A stretch of 64,000 bases of DNA from positions 52,708-116,707 of the forward strand of contig JAYUVP010000098.1 of NCBI GenBank assembly GCA_043753995.1, read 5' to 3'. Each line of letters opens with the position of its first letter. Positions within the stretch are counted from its first letter, which is position 1. Both the position numbers and the translations under genes were made by a program. This document shows, piece by piece, positions 9,001-17,080 of this stretch. Origin of the DNA: Fibrobacterota bacterium (GTDB taxonomy: Bacteria > Fibrobacterota > Fibrobacteria > UBA11236). Below the pieces are notes generated by a model. It saw only the letters and a program-made list of their open reading frames with translations. It was not told the DNA's origin and searched no databases.

Positions 9001-10500
9001 GCTGCGACCTTGAGTTATTCTGGGTCGGTGGCTTCTACCGTGACTTCGGTCTCGGTGACTGCGACGGTGCAAAGTGCGTCGGCGACCCTGTCGATCAATG
9101 GATCGGCCACGACATCGGGAACCGCGCGCAGCGTTACCCTTACCGCCGGTGCGAATGCCATCCCCGTGATAGTGACGGCCCAGAACGGAACCACTCGGAC
9201 TTATACAGTGACTATCACCCAGCAGGATGGGAACAATAATCTCTCGGACCTGACGCCTTCGGTCGGATCCTTCACGTCGCCCTTCTCGCAAAATACGATT
9301 GCTTATGACCTGGTCGTTCCTGATGTGAATACCAGCGTTCGCTTGACACCCACGGCCGCAGCTCCTCTCACCTCAACTATTACGGTCAACACAGTCGCCG
9401 TCACTTCGGGAGCCCAATCGGCGGCCCTCGCCTTGGCTGCAGCACAAATGACTACCGCGACCATTCGAGTGACATCGCAAAGCGGGGTGACCAAAACCTA
9501 TACGGTGAGGATGCATCGAGGCGGCTGGGTGCAAGCGGGTGGAGTTACGGGCGCTAGCACGGAAGCCCCCGCCGCCTTGGCATCGCATGAAAACATGGTC
9601 TATCATCTGGGGCAAGTCACCCAAACCAGGGTAGCGACCGTGAAGAGGTTGTCCGGATCCACCTGGGGAGCGGATCCCTCATTTCCGGGATTTTCGCCGC
9701 TGGGCGCCAATGCCATGGTGAGCGATGCAACGAATTTGTTTATAGTCAGCGCATGGACGGCAACGGCCATCATGCACCGCAAAAATGCCGCCGCAACTTG
9801 GTCCAACTCCACGGTGGGGCCCCCCGGCATCGCCCTGATGGCCGCAGGTGGGAATAACGCCTATTACTTGTACAAGGACAATATCAACAGCACTCCTCAT
9901 GTGCTCTCTTTCGGTGGAAGCAGCTGGACGGAAATCGGAACCTTGCCCTCGGATGCGGACTATGCCGATTTGGCGGCGGGGTCGGATGGAACGCCCTGGG
10001 TAGCTCAAAATTCCGGCACCTCACTAGAGGTCAGGCGCTGGAGCAGTTCCTTATGGACCACGTCGAGTGGCGGGGGCACCAATGCGACTGGAAGTCTGGC
10101 CTTTTCCTCCTTTTCATTGGGCATTTGGAATAATCTCCCTTATGTCGCCTTTGCCGACGAAGCCAATGGTGGGGGCCTCACCGTGACTCGGGCCTCCAGC
10201 GGGGCAGTCTTGGGAACGCGCGCTTTTTCGCCTAGCGGCCTTGTCGTGTCGGCGTGCCGGGTCTATGGTTCGTCTGGCGTTTTGATCGTTGTCGCGCAAA
10301 TGCGTGATGCCGCAAGCGCCGCCTATTCCAACTATGCCTGGAAGTGGACGGGTTCGGCCTGGGAAATGCTGGGGTCGGGCGCCATATCCACCGGCACGTC
10401 CTCCGGATTCACCTCGACCATGCATCAAGGCTTTCCTTGGATGGGCCAGGTTACGGCTTCCGGAAGTGTCGTCTACCAATACGTCAATACGGCGCCTTGA
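6001..10500 (+). CDS. Giant surface lipoprotein: Ig-like (Big_2), PKD-like domains, six cadherin-like beta-sandwich repeats, C-terminal propeller-like domain
   Basis: Lipobox LLSC; YRWDFNGD/WDFTGTG PKD motifs; repeated NNxLLSLSV...IVVTAQDGTTKTYTVTI. Confidence 0.85.
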   Translation: MKFEAPVKKAILSAASLLILMLFPLILLSCLAKSEDDTVTIKVKPAWLELDSFEVVWVDAEGKEKAMLFQGPLKNEWSLTDLPGKGYKGEAAVFMLRGYEGGVLVFEQKRVFNPNTNPKITVTTLRDPWATSAGLTLDPKRLNLVVGETKAVRAETNPEEAIQSVTWEARTPGIVEIVSNAASPGNVTVKALQAGSTVILVRVSTDPKLVDSVVVDVYSSADAPPVIDAFGPDTVISIKDSVMFSAVFHARNGKLATCTLDVNSDGVAEFQESLTDSAHSFKRSFAYPDTGNFSASLTVVDAAGRISRETALIGVRLDAPRIDAGNDTGIAVGSSLVFVGKATQDFGTLVSYRWDFNGDNTWDFESTTTGQTTHTYASEGTFVAVFEVKDDDGNVSRDTRRVDVGNKAPAFSATLPDTIITIKDAITFKGRVADGDGLITKLEWDFTGTGTFTHATTPGLAQVDFSVEQVFNTPSVIKVVARATDNGGKTWDDTVRVEVLLDAPKVSAGDDVSMIAGGQITLNGTATDGRGQVVTTEWKIGSGNFLQRRQGDTSFTAPSTPQILWALFRATDDDGNQVMDSVKVTVRASTDNLLKLLSVASVILSPTTFNSGVFTYSGSVANSVTSVSITAAPVDPTATLTVNGVAATSGTPSTVNLSTSVNAIPIVVKAQDGSEETYTVTITRAQEANNSLLALAVATVTLAPSTFNAATVIYSGTVASAVTSVSVTATTQSDLATLSVNSLAATSGTASTVNLTTGPNAIPIVVTAQDGSKKTYTVNITRAQDANNSLLSLSVASVTLAPAIFNAATLNYTGSVASSVTSVSVTATVQSASATMTVNGTTATSGAARTVNLTTGPNAIPIVVTAQDGTTKTYTVTITQPDANNALLSLSVASVTLTPNIFNAATLNYTGTVASSVASVSMTATVQSASATLTVNGTTATSGTARTVNLVPGPNAIPIVVTAQDGTTRTYTVTITQPDANNALLSLSVASVTLAPATFNAATLSYSGSVASTVTSVSVTATVQSASATLSINGSATTSGTARSVTLTAGANAIPVIVTAQNGTTRTYTVTITQQDGNNNLSDLTPSVGSFTSPFSQNTIAYDLVVPDVNTSVRLTPTAAAPLTSTITVNTVAVTSGAQSAALALAAAQMTTATIRVTSQSGVTKTYTVRMHRGGWVQAGGVTGASTEAPAALASHENMVYHLGQVTQTRVATVKRLSGSTWGADPSFPGFSPLGANAMVSDATNLFIVSAWTATAIMHRKNAAATWSNSTVGPPGIALMAAGGNNAYYLYKDNINSTPHVLSFGGSSWTEIGTLPSDADYADLAAGSDGTPWVAQNSGTSLEVRRWSSSLWTTSSGGGTNATGSLAFSSFSLGIWNNLPYVAFADEANGGGLTVTRASSGAVLGTRAFSPSGLVVSACRVYGSSGVLIVVAQMRDAASAAYSNYAWKWTGSAWEMLGSGAISTGTSSGFTSTMHQGFPWMGQVTASGSVVYQYVNTAP
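7771..9519 (+). repeat. Intragenic tandem array, six units of about 291-294 nt
   Basis: Units begin near 7771, 8065, 8359, 8650, 8941 and 9232. Confidence 0.9.
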
Positions 10501-10504
10501 GTAG

Positions 10505-10542
10505 GTTACTTCAATGTTTCGGTAACATATAGGATACGTTTT
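10505..10542. promoter_or_regulatory. Conserved 38-bp intergenic motif, copy 2
   Basis: gttacttcaatgtttcggtaacatataggatacgtttt. Confidence 0.6.
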
Positions 10543-10724
10543 GGAGGTTTGAAATCGACTTCCAACGGCGTTTTTTCCCGAAAAGGCGCCTGCGGCTTAG
10601 GGGTCTTGTCAGAAGAGAGGTCCGGGGACCCTCTCTAGGGTGTTGGGTTGGGGGCGCCATCTGAAGTGGCTTCTAGGGCTATCTTTACAGGCGCACTATT
10701 GGCCTCACCTTTCAGGAAATCGGC

Positions 10725-11186
10725 GTGCTTTCGAAAAAAACCATTTATGCCATCAAGGCATTGCAATACTTGGCCCGCAAGCATAAAAGCGGGCCGGTGC
10801 TCATCGCCGAAATCGCCGAGCAAGAATCCATCCCGCAAAAATTCCTGGAGTTGATTCTCCTGGAGCTGAAAAAAGACGGCGTTCTCGACAGCAAAAAAGG
10901 CAAGGGCGGCGGGTATATGCTGGCTCGCCCCGCCGACAGCATTACTTTGGGGCAAATCATTCGCAAAATGGACGGGCCTTTGGCCTTGCGTCCTTGCGTG
11001 AGCCAGACCGCCTATCGCCGCTGCGACGAATGCAAGGACGAAGTCACTTGCGGCATTCGCATGGCGATGAAGGAAGTGCGCGATCGCACCGCAGAAATTT
11101 TAGATCGCACCTCGCTCGCGCAAATCAATGATGCCGCCAAAGCCGCGCAGGCCAATCGCGGTGGCATACTCGACTATTCGATTTGA
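10725..11186 (+). CDS. Rrf2 family transcriptional regulator
   Basis: YAIKAL, IAEQESIPQKFLELIL, SKKGKGGGY, Cys cluster CVS...CDEC...C. GTG start. Directly upstream of cysK. Confidence 0.93.
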   Translation: MLSKKTIYAIKALQYLARKHKSGPVLIAEIAEQESIPQKFLELILLELKKDGVLDSKKGKGGGYMLARPADSITLGQIIRKMDGPLALRPCVSQTAYRRCDECKDEVTCGIRMAMKEVRDRTAEILDRTSLAQINDAAKAAQANRGGILDYSI

Positions 11187-11210
11187 TCCTTTCCATCACC
11201 CGGAGGCCTT

Positions 11211-12191
11211 ATGGCAAACTGGTTCGCTGACAACTCTCTCTCCATCGGCAATACGCCCCTCGTCAAACTCAATCGCGTCACCGATGGCGCTCAAGCCACC
11301 GTGCTGGCGAAAATCGAAGGGCGCAATCCGGCTTATTCGGTGAAATGCCGCATTGGCGCGGCCATGATTTGGGATGCGGAAAAGCGCGGATTACTCGGCC
11401 CTGGCAAGGAATTGATTGAGCCCACGAGCGGGAATACCGGCATAGCGCTCGCCTTCGTGGCAGCGGCACGCGGCATACCCCTGACGCTCACCATGCCCGA
11501 AACCATGAGCATCGAACGCCGCAAGCTTTTGCTGGCCTATGGTGCCAAGCTCATTTTGACCGAAGGCCCCAAGGGTATGCCCGGCGCCATCGCCAAGGCC
11601 GAGGAAATCGCCGCCACCGATTCGAAATACGTGCTCTTGCAGCAATTCAAGAATCCCGCCAATCCGGCCATTCATGAAAGCACCACCGGCCCGGAAATCT
11701 GGAATGGCACCGATGGCGCCATCGACATTTTCGTTTCGGGCGTGGGCACGGGCGGCACTTTGACCGGCGTGTCACGCTACATCAAGCACACCAAGAAAAA
11801 AGCCATTCATACCGTCGCCGTCGAACCCTCGGCAAGCCCGGTGATTACGCAAACCCGCAATGGCGAAGCGCCCAAGCCCTCGCCGCATAAGATTCAAGGC
11901 ATAGGCGCGGGTTTTGTGCCGGGTAACCTGGATATGACCCTGGTCGATAGCGTCGAGCAGGTGAGCAATGAAGAGGCCATGGAATTCGCGCGCCGCCTTG
12001 CCAAAGAAGAAGGCATACTCTCGGGCATTTCCTGCGGAGCCGCGGTCGCCGTCGCCGTGCGTCTCGCCAAGCGCCCGGAAAATAAGGGCAAGACTCTAGT
12101 GGTTGTGTTACCCGATTCGGGCGAGCGTTATCTCAGCACCTTGCTTTTCGAGGGTTACTTCGACGCTACGGGCAATCCATTGCCGGCCTAA
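11211..12191 (+). CDS. cysK: Cysteine synthase A
   Basis: [11 protein letters not shown] (PLP Lys), [32 protein letters not shown]. Confidence 0.97.
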   Translation: MANWFADNSLSIGNTPLVKLNRVTDGAQATVLAKIEGRNPAYSVKCRIGAAMIWDAEKRGLLGPGKELIEPTSGNTGIALAFVAAARGIPLTLTMPETMSIERRKLLLAYGAKLILTEGPKGMPGAIAKAEEIAATDSKYVLLQQFKNPANPAIHESTTGPEIWNGTDGAIDIFVSGVGTGGTLTGVSRYIKHTKKKAIHTVAVEPSASPVITQTRNGEAPKPSPHKIQGIGAGFVPGNLDMTLVDSVEQVSNEEAMEFARRLAKEEGILSGISCGAAVAVAVRLAKRPENKGKTLVVVLPDSGERYLSTLLFEGYFDATGNPLPA

Positions 12192-12213
12192 ACTTTGTTT
12201 TTAAAATCTCCCT

Positions 12214-12861
12214 ATGACTTCTTTCTCCCTCGTCATTTTCGATTGCGATGGTGTTTTGGTGGACAGCGAAAGCATTGCCGCCCGCACCCTCTCGCGCTTA
12301 TTGACCCGGTTGGGTTGGGCCATCACCGCTCCCGAAGTCACCGAGCGCTTCAAGGGTAAATCCCTGGCTGACACCGTGCGCCTGGTGGAAGAGCATTTGG
12401 GTCCTTCTTTGCCGGCAACCTGGCTTTATGACTTGGCCATGTTCACGGCCCTCGATTTTGCGAAAGACTTGCGGCCGATACCGGGCGTGCGAGAATTATT
12501 GCTGAACTTGCAAAGCCAGAGCCGGCCTTTTTGCCTGGCTTCGCAGAGCACGCCCGAGCGCATTGAATTGAGTTTGCGCCTCGCCGATTTGTTTTCGTTT
12601 TTTCCAAACCGATTCTTCAGCGCCACCCAGGTGGAAAGAGGCAAGCCCTTTCCCGACCTTTATTTGCTGGCTGCGCAGGTGATGAAGACGCGGCCTGCGG
12701 ACTGCCTGGTCATTGAAGATTCGCCCACCGGGGTGGTTGCGGGGGTTAACGCCGGCATGACGGTGTGGGGATATGCCGGGCCGGGTGGGGGAAATGCCGA
12801 AGCTCTCGCAGCAGCAGGCGCGAAGGTATTCACGTCGATGCATGATTTGGCCATTCCGTAA
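12214..12861 (+). CDS. HAD-superfamily hydrolase (subfamily IA)
   Basis: IFDCDGVLVDSE, GKPFPD, VIEDSPTG. Confidence 0.93.
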   Translation: MTSFSLVIFDCDGVLVDSESIAARTLSRLLTRLGWAITAPEVTERFKGKSLADTVRLVEEHLGPSLPATWLYDLAMFTALDFAKDLRPIPGVRELLLNLQSQSRPFCLASQSTPERIELSLRLADLFSFFPNRFFSATQVERGKPFPDLYLLAAQVMKTRPADCLVIEDSPTGVVAGVNAGMTVWGYAGPGGGNAEALAAAGAKVFTSMHDLAIP

Positions 12862-13012
12862 AGGCGCAATCGAATCGAAACAAGTTTTCGGAAACCCGTT
12901 TGAAAACCGTCTTCTTATAATCCGTATCAACTTCAGATCAAAAAACGCAAAAGCGTAACCGATATTTACCCCCACTCGTTCGAATCACTTCGACGAAACC
13001 GGGAGGTAAGAG

Positions 13013-16000
13013 ATGCGGGTTAGAGAGAATCGTTTTCTGTTCGCCGCCATTGCGCTGGCTGCCGGAGTAGGCAGTCCAGCCATTGCGGCGTCTGATGTGG
13101 TCATCAGCCAGATCTATGGCGGCGGAGGGAATTCCGGCGCCACCTTGCGAAATGACTTTATTGAGCTGCACAATCGCAGCGCCAATCCCATCGACCTCAC
13201 GGGTTGGTCGGTGCAATACGCTTCAGCGACGGGCACCACCTGGTCGCGCACCTTGCTTACAGGCAGCATTGCTGCTGGAGGTTATTACCTGGTTCAGGAG
13301 GCGCAGGGCGCGGGTGGCACGGTTGCTTTGCCCACCCCCGATGCCATCGGAACCCTTGCTATGTCGGCAACGGCGGGAAAGGTGGCCTTGTCGAATTCCG
13401 GTACGGCACTCTCAGGCGCCTGCCCCGCGGGCATGATCGATTGGATTGGTTTCGGCACGGCCAATTGCTTTGAAGGATCGGGCGCCGCGGCCGCGCTGAC
13501 CAATACCACGGCCTCCTTGCGTGGCGCTTCGGGTTGTGATGATGCCGACAATAATGCGGCAGATTTCGCGTCCGGCACCCCGAATCCCCGTAACTCCGCC
13601 GCTACGGCATTCGCTTGTGGCGCCGATGCCGCTCCCCAGGTCTCCTCCATGTCGCCGCCACCCTCCAGCGGTAGCGCGGCTCCGAACACTAACATTGTCA
13701 TCACCTTTAATGAGCCCGTGGCCGTGGCTGGTTCGTGGTTTCAAATATCGGGAACGCTTAGCGGCGGCGTTTCGGCGACGGTTGCAGGTGGCCCTCAGGT
13801 TTTCACCTTGAATCCCGATCTTGACTTCATTCCAGGGGAAAACGTGACAGTGACCGTATTGGCCGCTTCGGTTTCGGATCTGGACACCCTGGATCCTCCT
13901 AACCAACCTATCGCCAATTTCGTCGGCACCTTCACGGTCTTCTCGCCTGTCCGCATCGCGACGATTCAAGGCATGTCGCATACCTCACCCCTGGTCGGCC
14001 AAAACGTCGCGGGTGTCGAGGGTGTAGTCACGGTCCTGCGTACCAATGGTTTCTATCTGCAAGACACCTTGCCCGATGCCAATCCCGCTACTTCCGAAGC
14101 CATTTTTGTCTTCACCAGCACGGTGCCCACCGTGCTTGTCGGGGATGCCGTGACGGTGAGCGGACAGGTCGCCGAATTCCGTGCTGGAGGCAGTAGCGGA
14201 ACCAATAATCTCACCCTGACCGAATTGGTTTCTCCCGTGGTGCAGGTGATTTCTTCGGGACATACCCTGCCCGCCGCCCAAGTCCTCGGGCAAGCGGGAC
14301 GCATTCCCCCTGGAGAAATTATTGACAATGATGCCGGTGGTAATGTTGAAACTGGCGGATCCTTCGACGTAAGCCAGGATGGCATTGATTTCTATGAGAG
14401 CCTCGAAAGCATGCGCGTGCAAGTAAATCAGCCTGTTGTCGTGGGTCCCCGCAACGATTTCGGTGAATTCCTGGTAGTGGGTGATTCGGGTGCCTTGGCC
14501 TCACTGCGCACCCCTCGCGGAGGCGTAAAGGTACGCGCGACGGATTTCAATCCCGAGCGCATCATGGTGGATGACGCCTTGGTTGCCACCCCTTTGGTCA
14601 ATGTGGGCGATGCCTTTGACGGCCCCATCCTCGGTGTGCTGGATTATCAATTCGCCAATTTTAAAATCATCCCCACCAGCTTGCCCAATCGCATTGTCGG
14701 CCCCTTGGTGAAGGAAGTTTCTTCCGCGACCTGCGCAGGTCAATTGACCGTGGCCACCTTTAATGTCGAGAATCTCGATCCTTCCGACCCGCAAGCGAAA
14801 TTCGACAGCCTCGCGGTCGCCATCGTTTCGAATTTGCGCTCGCCCATGGTGATTGCCCTCGAAGAAATGCAGGACAATACCGGAGCGGTGAATGACGGCG
14901 TGGTGGATGCCTCAGTCACTGCCGCGCGTCTTATCGCCGCCGTGCAGGCCGCAGGCGGCCCAATCTATACCTACACGGAAATTGTGCCACAGGAAATGCA
15001 GGATGGTGGCGAACCAGGGGGTAACATTCGCGTTGCCTTCCTGTATCAAGCCGGCAATGGCTTGAGCTTCGTATCGCGCCCGGGCGGAACCTCCACCAAT
15101 GCGGTGCAAGCCCAGGCCGCTCCTGGCGGCGGCGTGCGTCTCAATTTCAGCCCGGGCCGCATCGACCCCCTGAATCCCGCTTTCAATAATAGCCGCAAGC
15201 CCTTGGTCGGCGAATTCCTGTATAAGAGCAGGACCTTTTTCTTCATCGCCAATCATTTCAATTCCAAAGGCGGTGACCAACCCCTGTTCGGACGGTTTCA
15301 GCCCCCGGTTCTCAGCTCCGAAGCGCAGCGAATACAACAAGCCCAGGCGGTGCGGAGTTTCGTGCAGTCGGTATTGAGCCTGGACCCGAATGCGCGCATT
15401 GTCGTACTCGGTGACTTCAATGATTTCGAATTCTCGGCTCCTTTGCAAACCCTGAAAAGCGCTCCTCTGGTCGACCTCATTGAGATCTTGCCCGAAGGCG
15501 AGCGATACAGCTATGTGTATGAAGGCAATTCCCAGGCTCTCGATCACATACTGGTCAGCCCATTCCTTGCGCAACAGCCCGCCAACTTTTATGACGTGGT
15601 TCACGTGAATTCCGAATTCGCCGACCAAGTCAGCGATCATGAACCCCAGCGCGCCTGTTTCGACAAGGGATTGATAGCCGATGCGGGTTTAACCAAGCAG
15701 GAATTGCTGGAGTCGTATAGCCGTCCGCTTTTCGGCATGAGCGCTCCATTGGCCGCTTCCGCACCCGCTTCGGTGGTGCAATACCGCACGCCAGCACAAA
15801 CGGCCGGAGATCAAGTCGCCTTGGCCCCTGGCCTTGCCGCCGCCTATCTCACTCGCAGCATTGGTAATTCGGCGGATCAATTCGCTTTCTGGCCGAATGC
15901 GACCCAACCCACCCATGCGATTTTCTGCATCGAGGACGATCGTGAGGTGATTGGAACCTTTCCGAATACCTTGCCCAAGTACAACCCTTCGGTGCAGCGC

Positions 16001-17080
16001 GTGGATCGCAATGGCAATGTGCAGACCATTCTTCGCGGCATGACCTCATGCGATGGCATCATTACGACAGCATGGGGCACCGTGCTTGCCACCGAAGAAG
16101 AAGAGGATGGTGGTGCTTATGAAATTTTGAATCCGCTCACGACCACGAATTTCACCGTGCAAGACCGGACCACGGGGGTGATACTCGACTCCAATGGCAA
16201 TGTGCAATCCACTCGGATTGCCAAACGGCAAGCGCTTCCCACCATTTCCTGGGAAGGGATTGTGGCTCTTCCTTCCGGCATTCTTTATGGAGGCGATGAA
16301 TTGCGTCCTGGCACCGATTCCGCGGATCGTGACGGCGGCGCCCTGTTCAAATTCATGCCCACCGTGCCAGCCATACCCAATGTCATCATCACAAATTTGA
16401 ACCAGTCGCCTTTGGTGTCTGGATCGGTTCATGCGCTTCAGGTCTCTTGCATAGGCAATGGTCAACAAGCCGGCCAGGGCTGCGAAGTCGGCAATGCCGC
16501 TTGGTTGCCGGTCTTGCCCGCCACGGCCAGGCTCGACGCTCACCGTCTCGGCGCGACCGGATATTACCGGCCGGAAGACATGGATAAGGATCCCATTTAT
16601 TCCGACTCTTTGAATCCCACGGCGATTCGGTTTTGCTGGACCAATACCCAGAATGAAGGCGCCCAAAGTTATGGCGAAGTGATGTGCGCCGTCGACCGTA
16701 GCCCGGCGGTGGCCTCGAATACCCAGCGCACCGTGGTCCTCAACCGCTTCATCACGGGCGATAAGGATTTCAATTCCTTCGACAATATCGCCTTTCAGCC
16801 CGGCACGGGAATTCTATATGTGATCGAAGATCACAATAATGGGGATATCTTCGCTTGCCTCACGGATGGCGCGGATCGCGACAATAAGACCGATGGTTGC
16901 ATCAAGGTTCTTTCCGTCAAGGAATCGGGTGCCGAGCCCACGGGCTTCGCCTTTTTAGGCGACGGAAAATCGGCTGTGCTTTCCATTCAACATTCCAATG
17001 ACAGCCAGATGCCTTTAGTCGACGACTATGGCACCGACGACATCCTTCATATCACCGGCTTCCAGGCTATTGCGCCATGA
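13013..17080 (+). CDS. Secreted multidomain protein: lamin-tail domain, Ig-like, OB-fold, ExeM/NucH-type EEP nuclease, C-terminal PhoX-like (DUF839) domain
   Basis: VVISQIYGGGGN..DFIEL (LTD); TFNVENL, EEMQDN, NHFNSK, GDFND, LDHIL, SDHEP (EEP); CDGI, RPED, DNIAF, AEPTG, SIQH (PhoX-like). Confidence 0.85.
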   Translation: MRVRENRFLFAAIALAAGVGSPAIAASDVVISQIYGGGGNSGATLRNDFIELHNRSANPIDLTGWSVQYASATGTTWSRTLLTGSIAAGGYYLVQEAQGAGGTVALPTPDAIGTLAMSATAGKVALSNSGTALSGACPAGMIDWIGFGTANCFEGSGAAAALTNTTASLRGASGCDDADNNAADFASGTPNPRNSAATAFACGADAAPQVSSMSPPPSSGSAAPNTNIVITFNEPVAVAGSWFQISGTLSGGVSATVAGGPQVFTLNPDLDFIPGENVTVTVLAASVSDLDTLDPPNQPIANFVGTFTVFSPVRIATIQGMSHTSPLVGQNVAGVEGVVTVLRTNGFYLQDTLPDANPATSEAIFVFTSTVPTVLVGDAVTVSGQVAEFRAGGSSGTNNLTLTELVSPVVQVISSGHTLPAAQVLGQAGRIPPGEIIDNDAGGNVETGGSFDVSQDGIDFYESLESMRVQVNQPVVVGPRNDFGEFLVVGDSGALASLRTPRGGVKVRATDFNPERIMVDDALVATPLVNVGDAFDGPILGVLDYQFANFKIIPTSLPNRIVGPLVKEVSSATCAGQLTVATFNVENLDPSDPQAKFDSLAVAIVSNLRSPMVIALEEMQDNTGAVNDGVVDASVTAARLIAAVQAAGGPIYTYTEIVPQEMQDGGEPGGNIRVAFLYQAGNGLSFVSRPGGTSTNAVQAQAAPGGGVRLNFSPGRIDPLNPAFNNSRKPLVGEFLYKSRTFFFIANHFNSKGGDQPLFGRFQPPVLSSEAQRIQQAQAVRSFVQSVLSLDPNARIVVLGDFNDFEFSAPLQTLKSAPLVDLIEILPEGERYSYVYEGNSQALDHILVSPFLAQQPANFYDVVHVNSEFADQVSDHEPQRACFDKGLIADAGLTKQELLESYSRPLFGMSAPLAASAPASVVQYRTPAQTAGDQVALAPGLAAAYLTRSIGNSADQFAFWPNATQPTHAIFCIEDDREVIGTFPNTLPKYNPSVQRVDRNGNVQTILRGMTSCDGIITTAWGTVLATEEEEDGGAYEILNPLTTTNFTVQDRTTGVILDSNGNVQSTRIAKRQALPTISWEGIVALPSGILYGGDELRPGTDSADRDGGALFKFMPTVPAIPNVIITNLNQSPLVSGSVHALQVSCIGNGQQAGQGCEVGNAAWLPVLPATARLDAHRLGATGYYRPEDMDKDPIYSDSLNPTAIRFCWTNTQNEGAQSYGEVMCAVDRSPAVASNTQRTVVLNRFITGDKDFNSFDNIAFQPGTGILYVIEDHNNGDIFACLTDGADRDNKTDGCIKVLSVKESGAEPTGFAFLGDGKSAVLSIQHSNDSQMPLVDDYGTDDILHITGFQAIAP

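Noticed and set aside
7771..9519. Long tandem repeats as a possible CRISPR or non-coding array
   Set aside because: Units are about 290 nt, in frame and encode protein domains. There are no unique spacers and no cas genes.
10661..10676. Another MITE right end (tgaagtggcttctag)
   Set aside because: Only a partial match, with no partner end nearby.
12862..13012. Pho box upstream of the nuclease-PhoX gene
   Set aside because: No convincing 11-bp-period direct repeat could be read.
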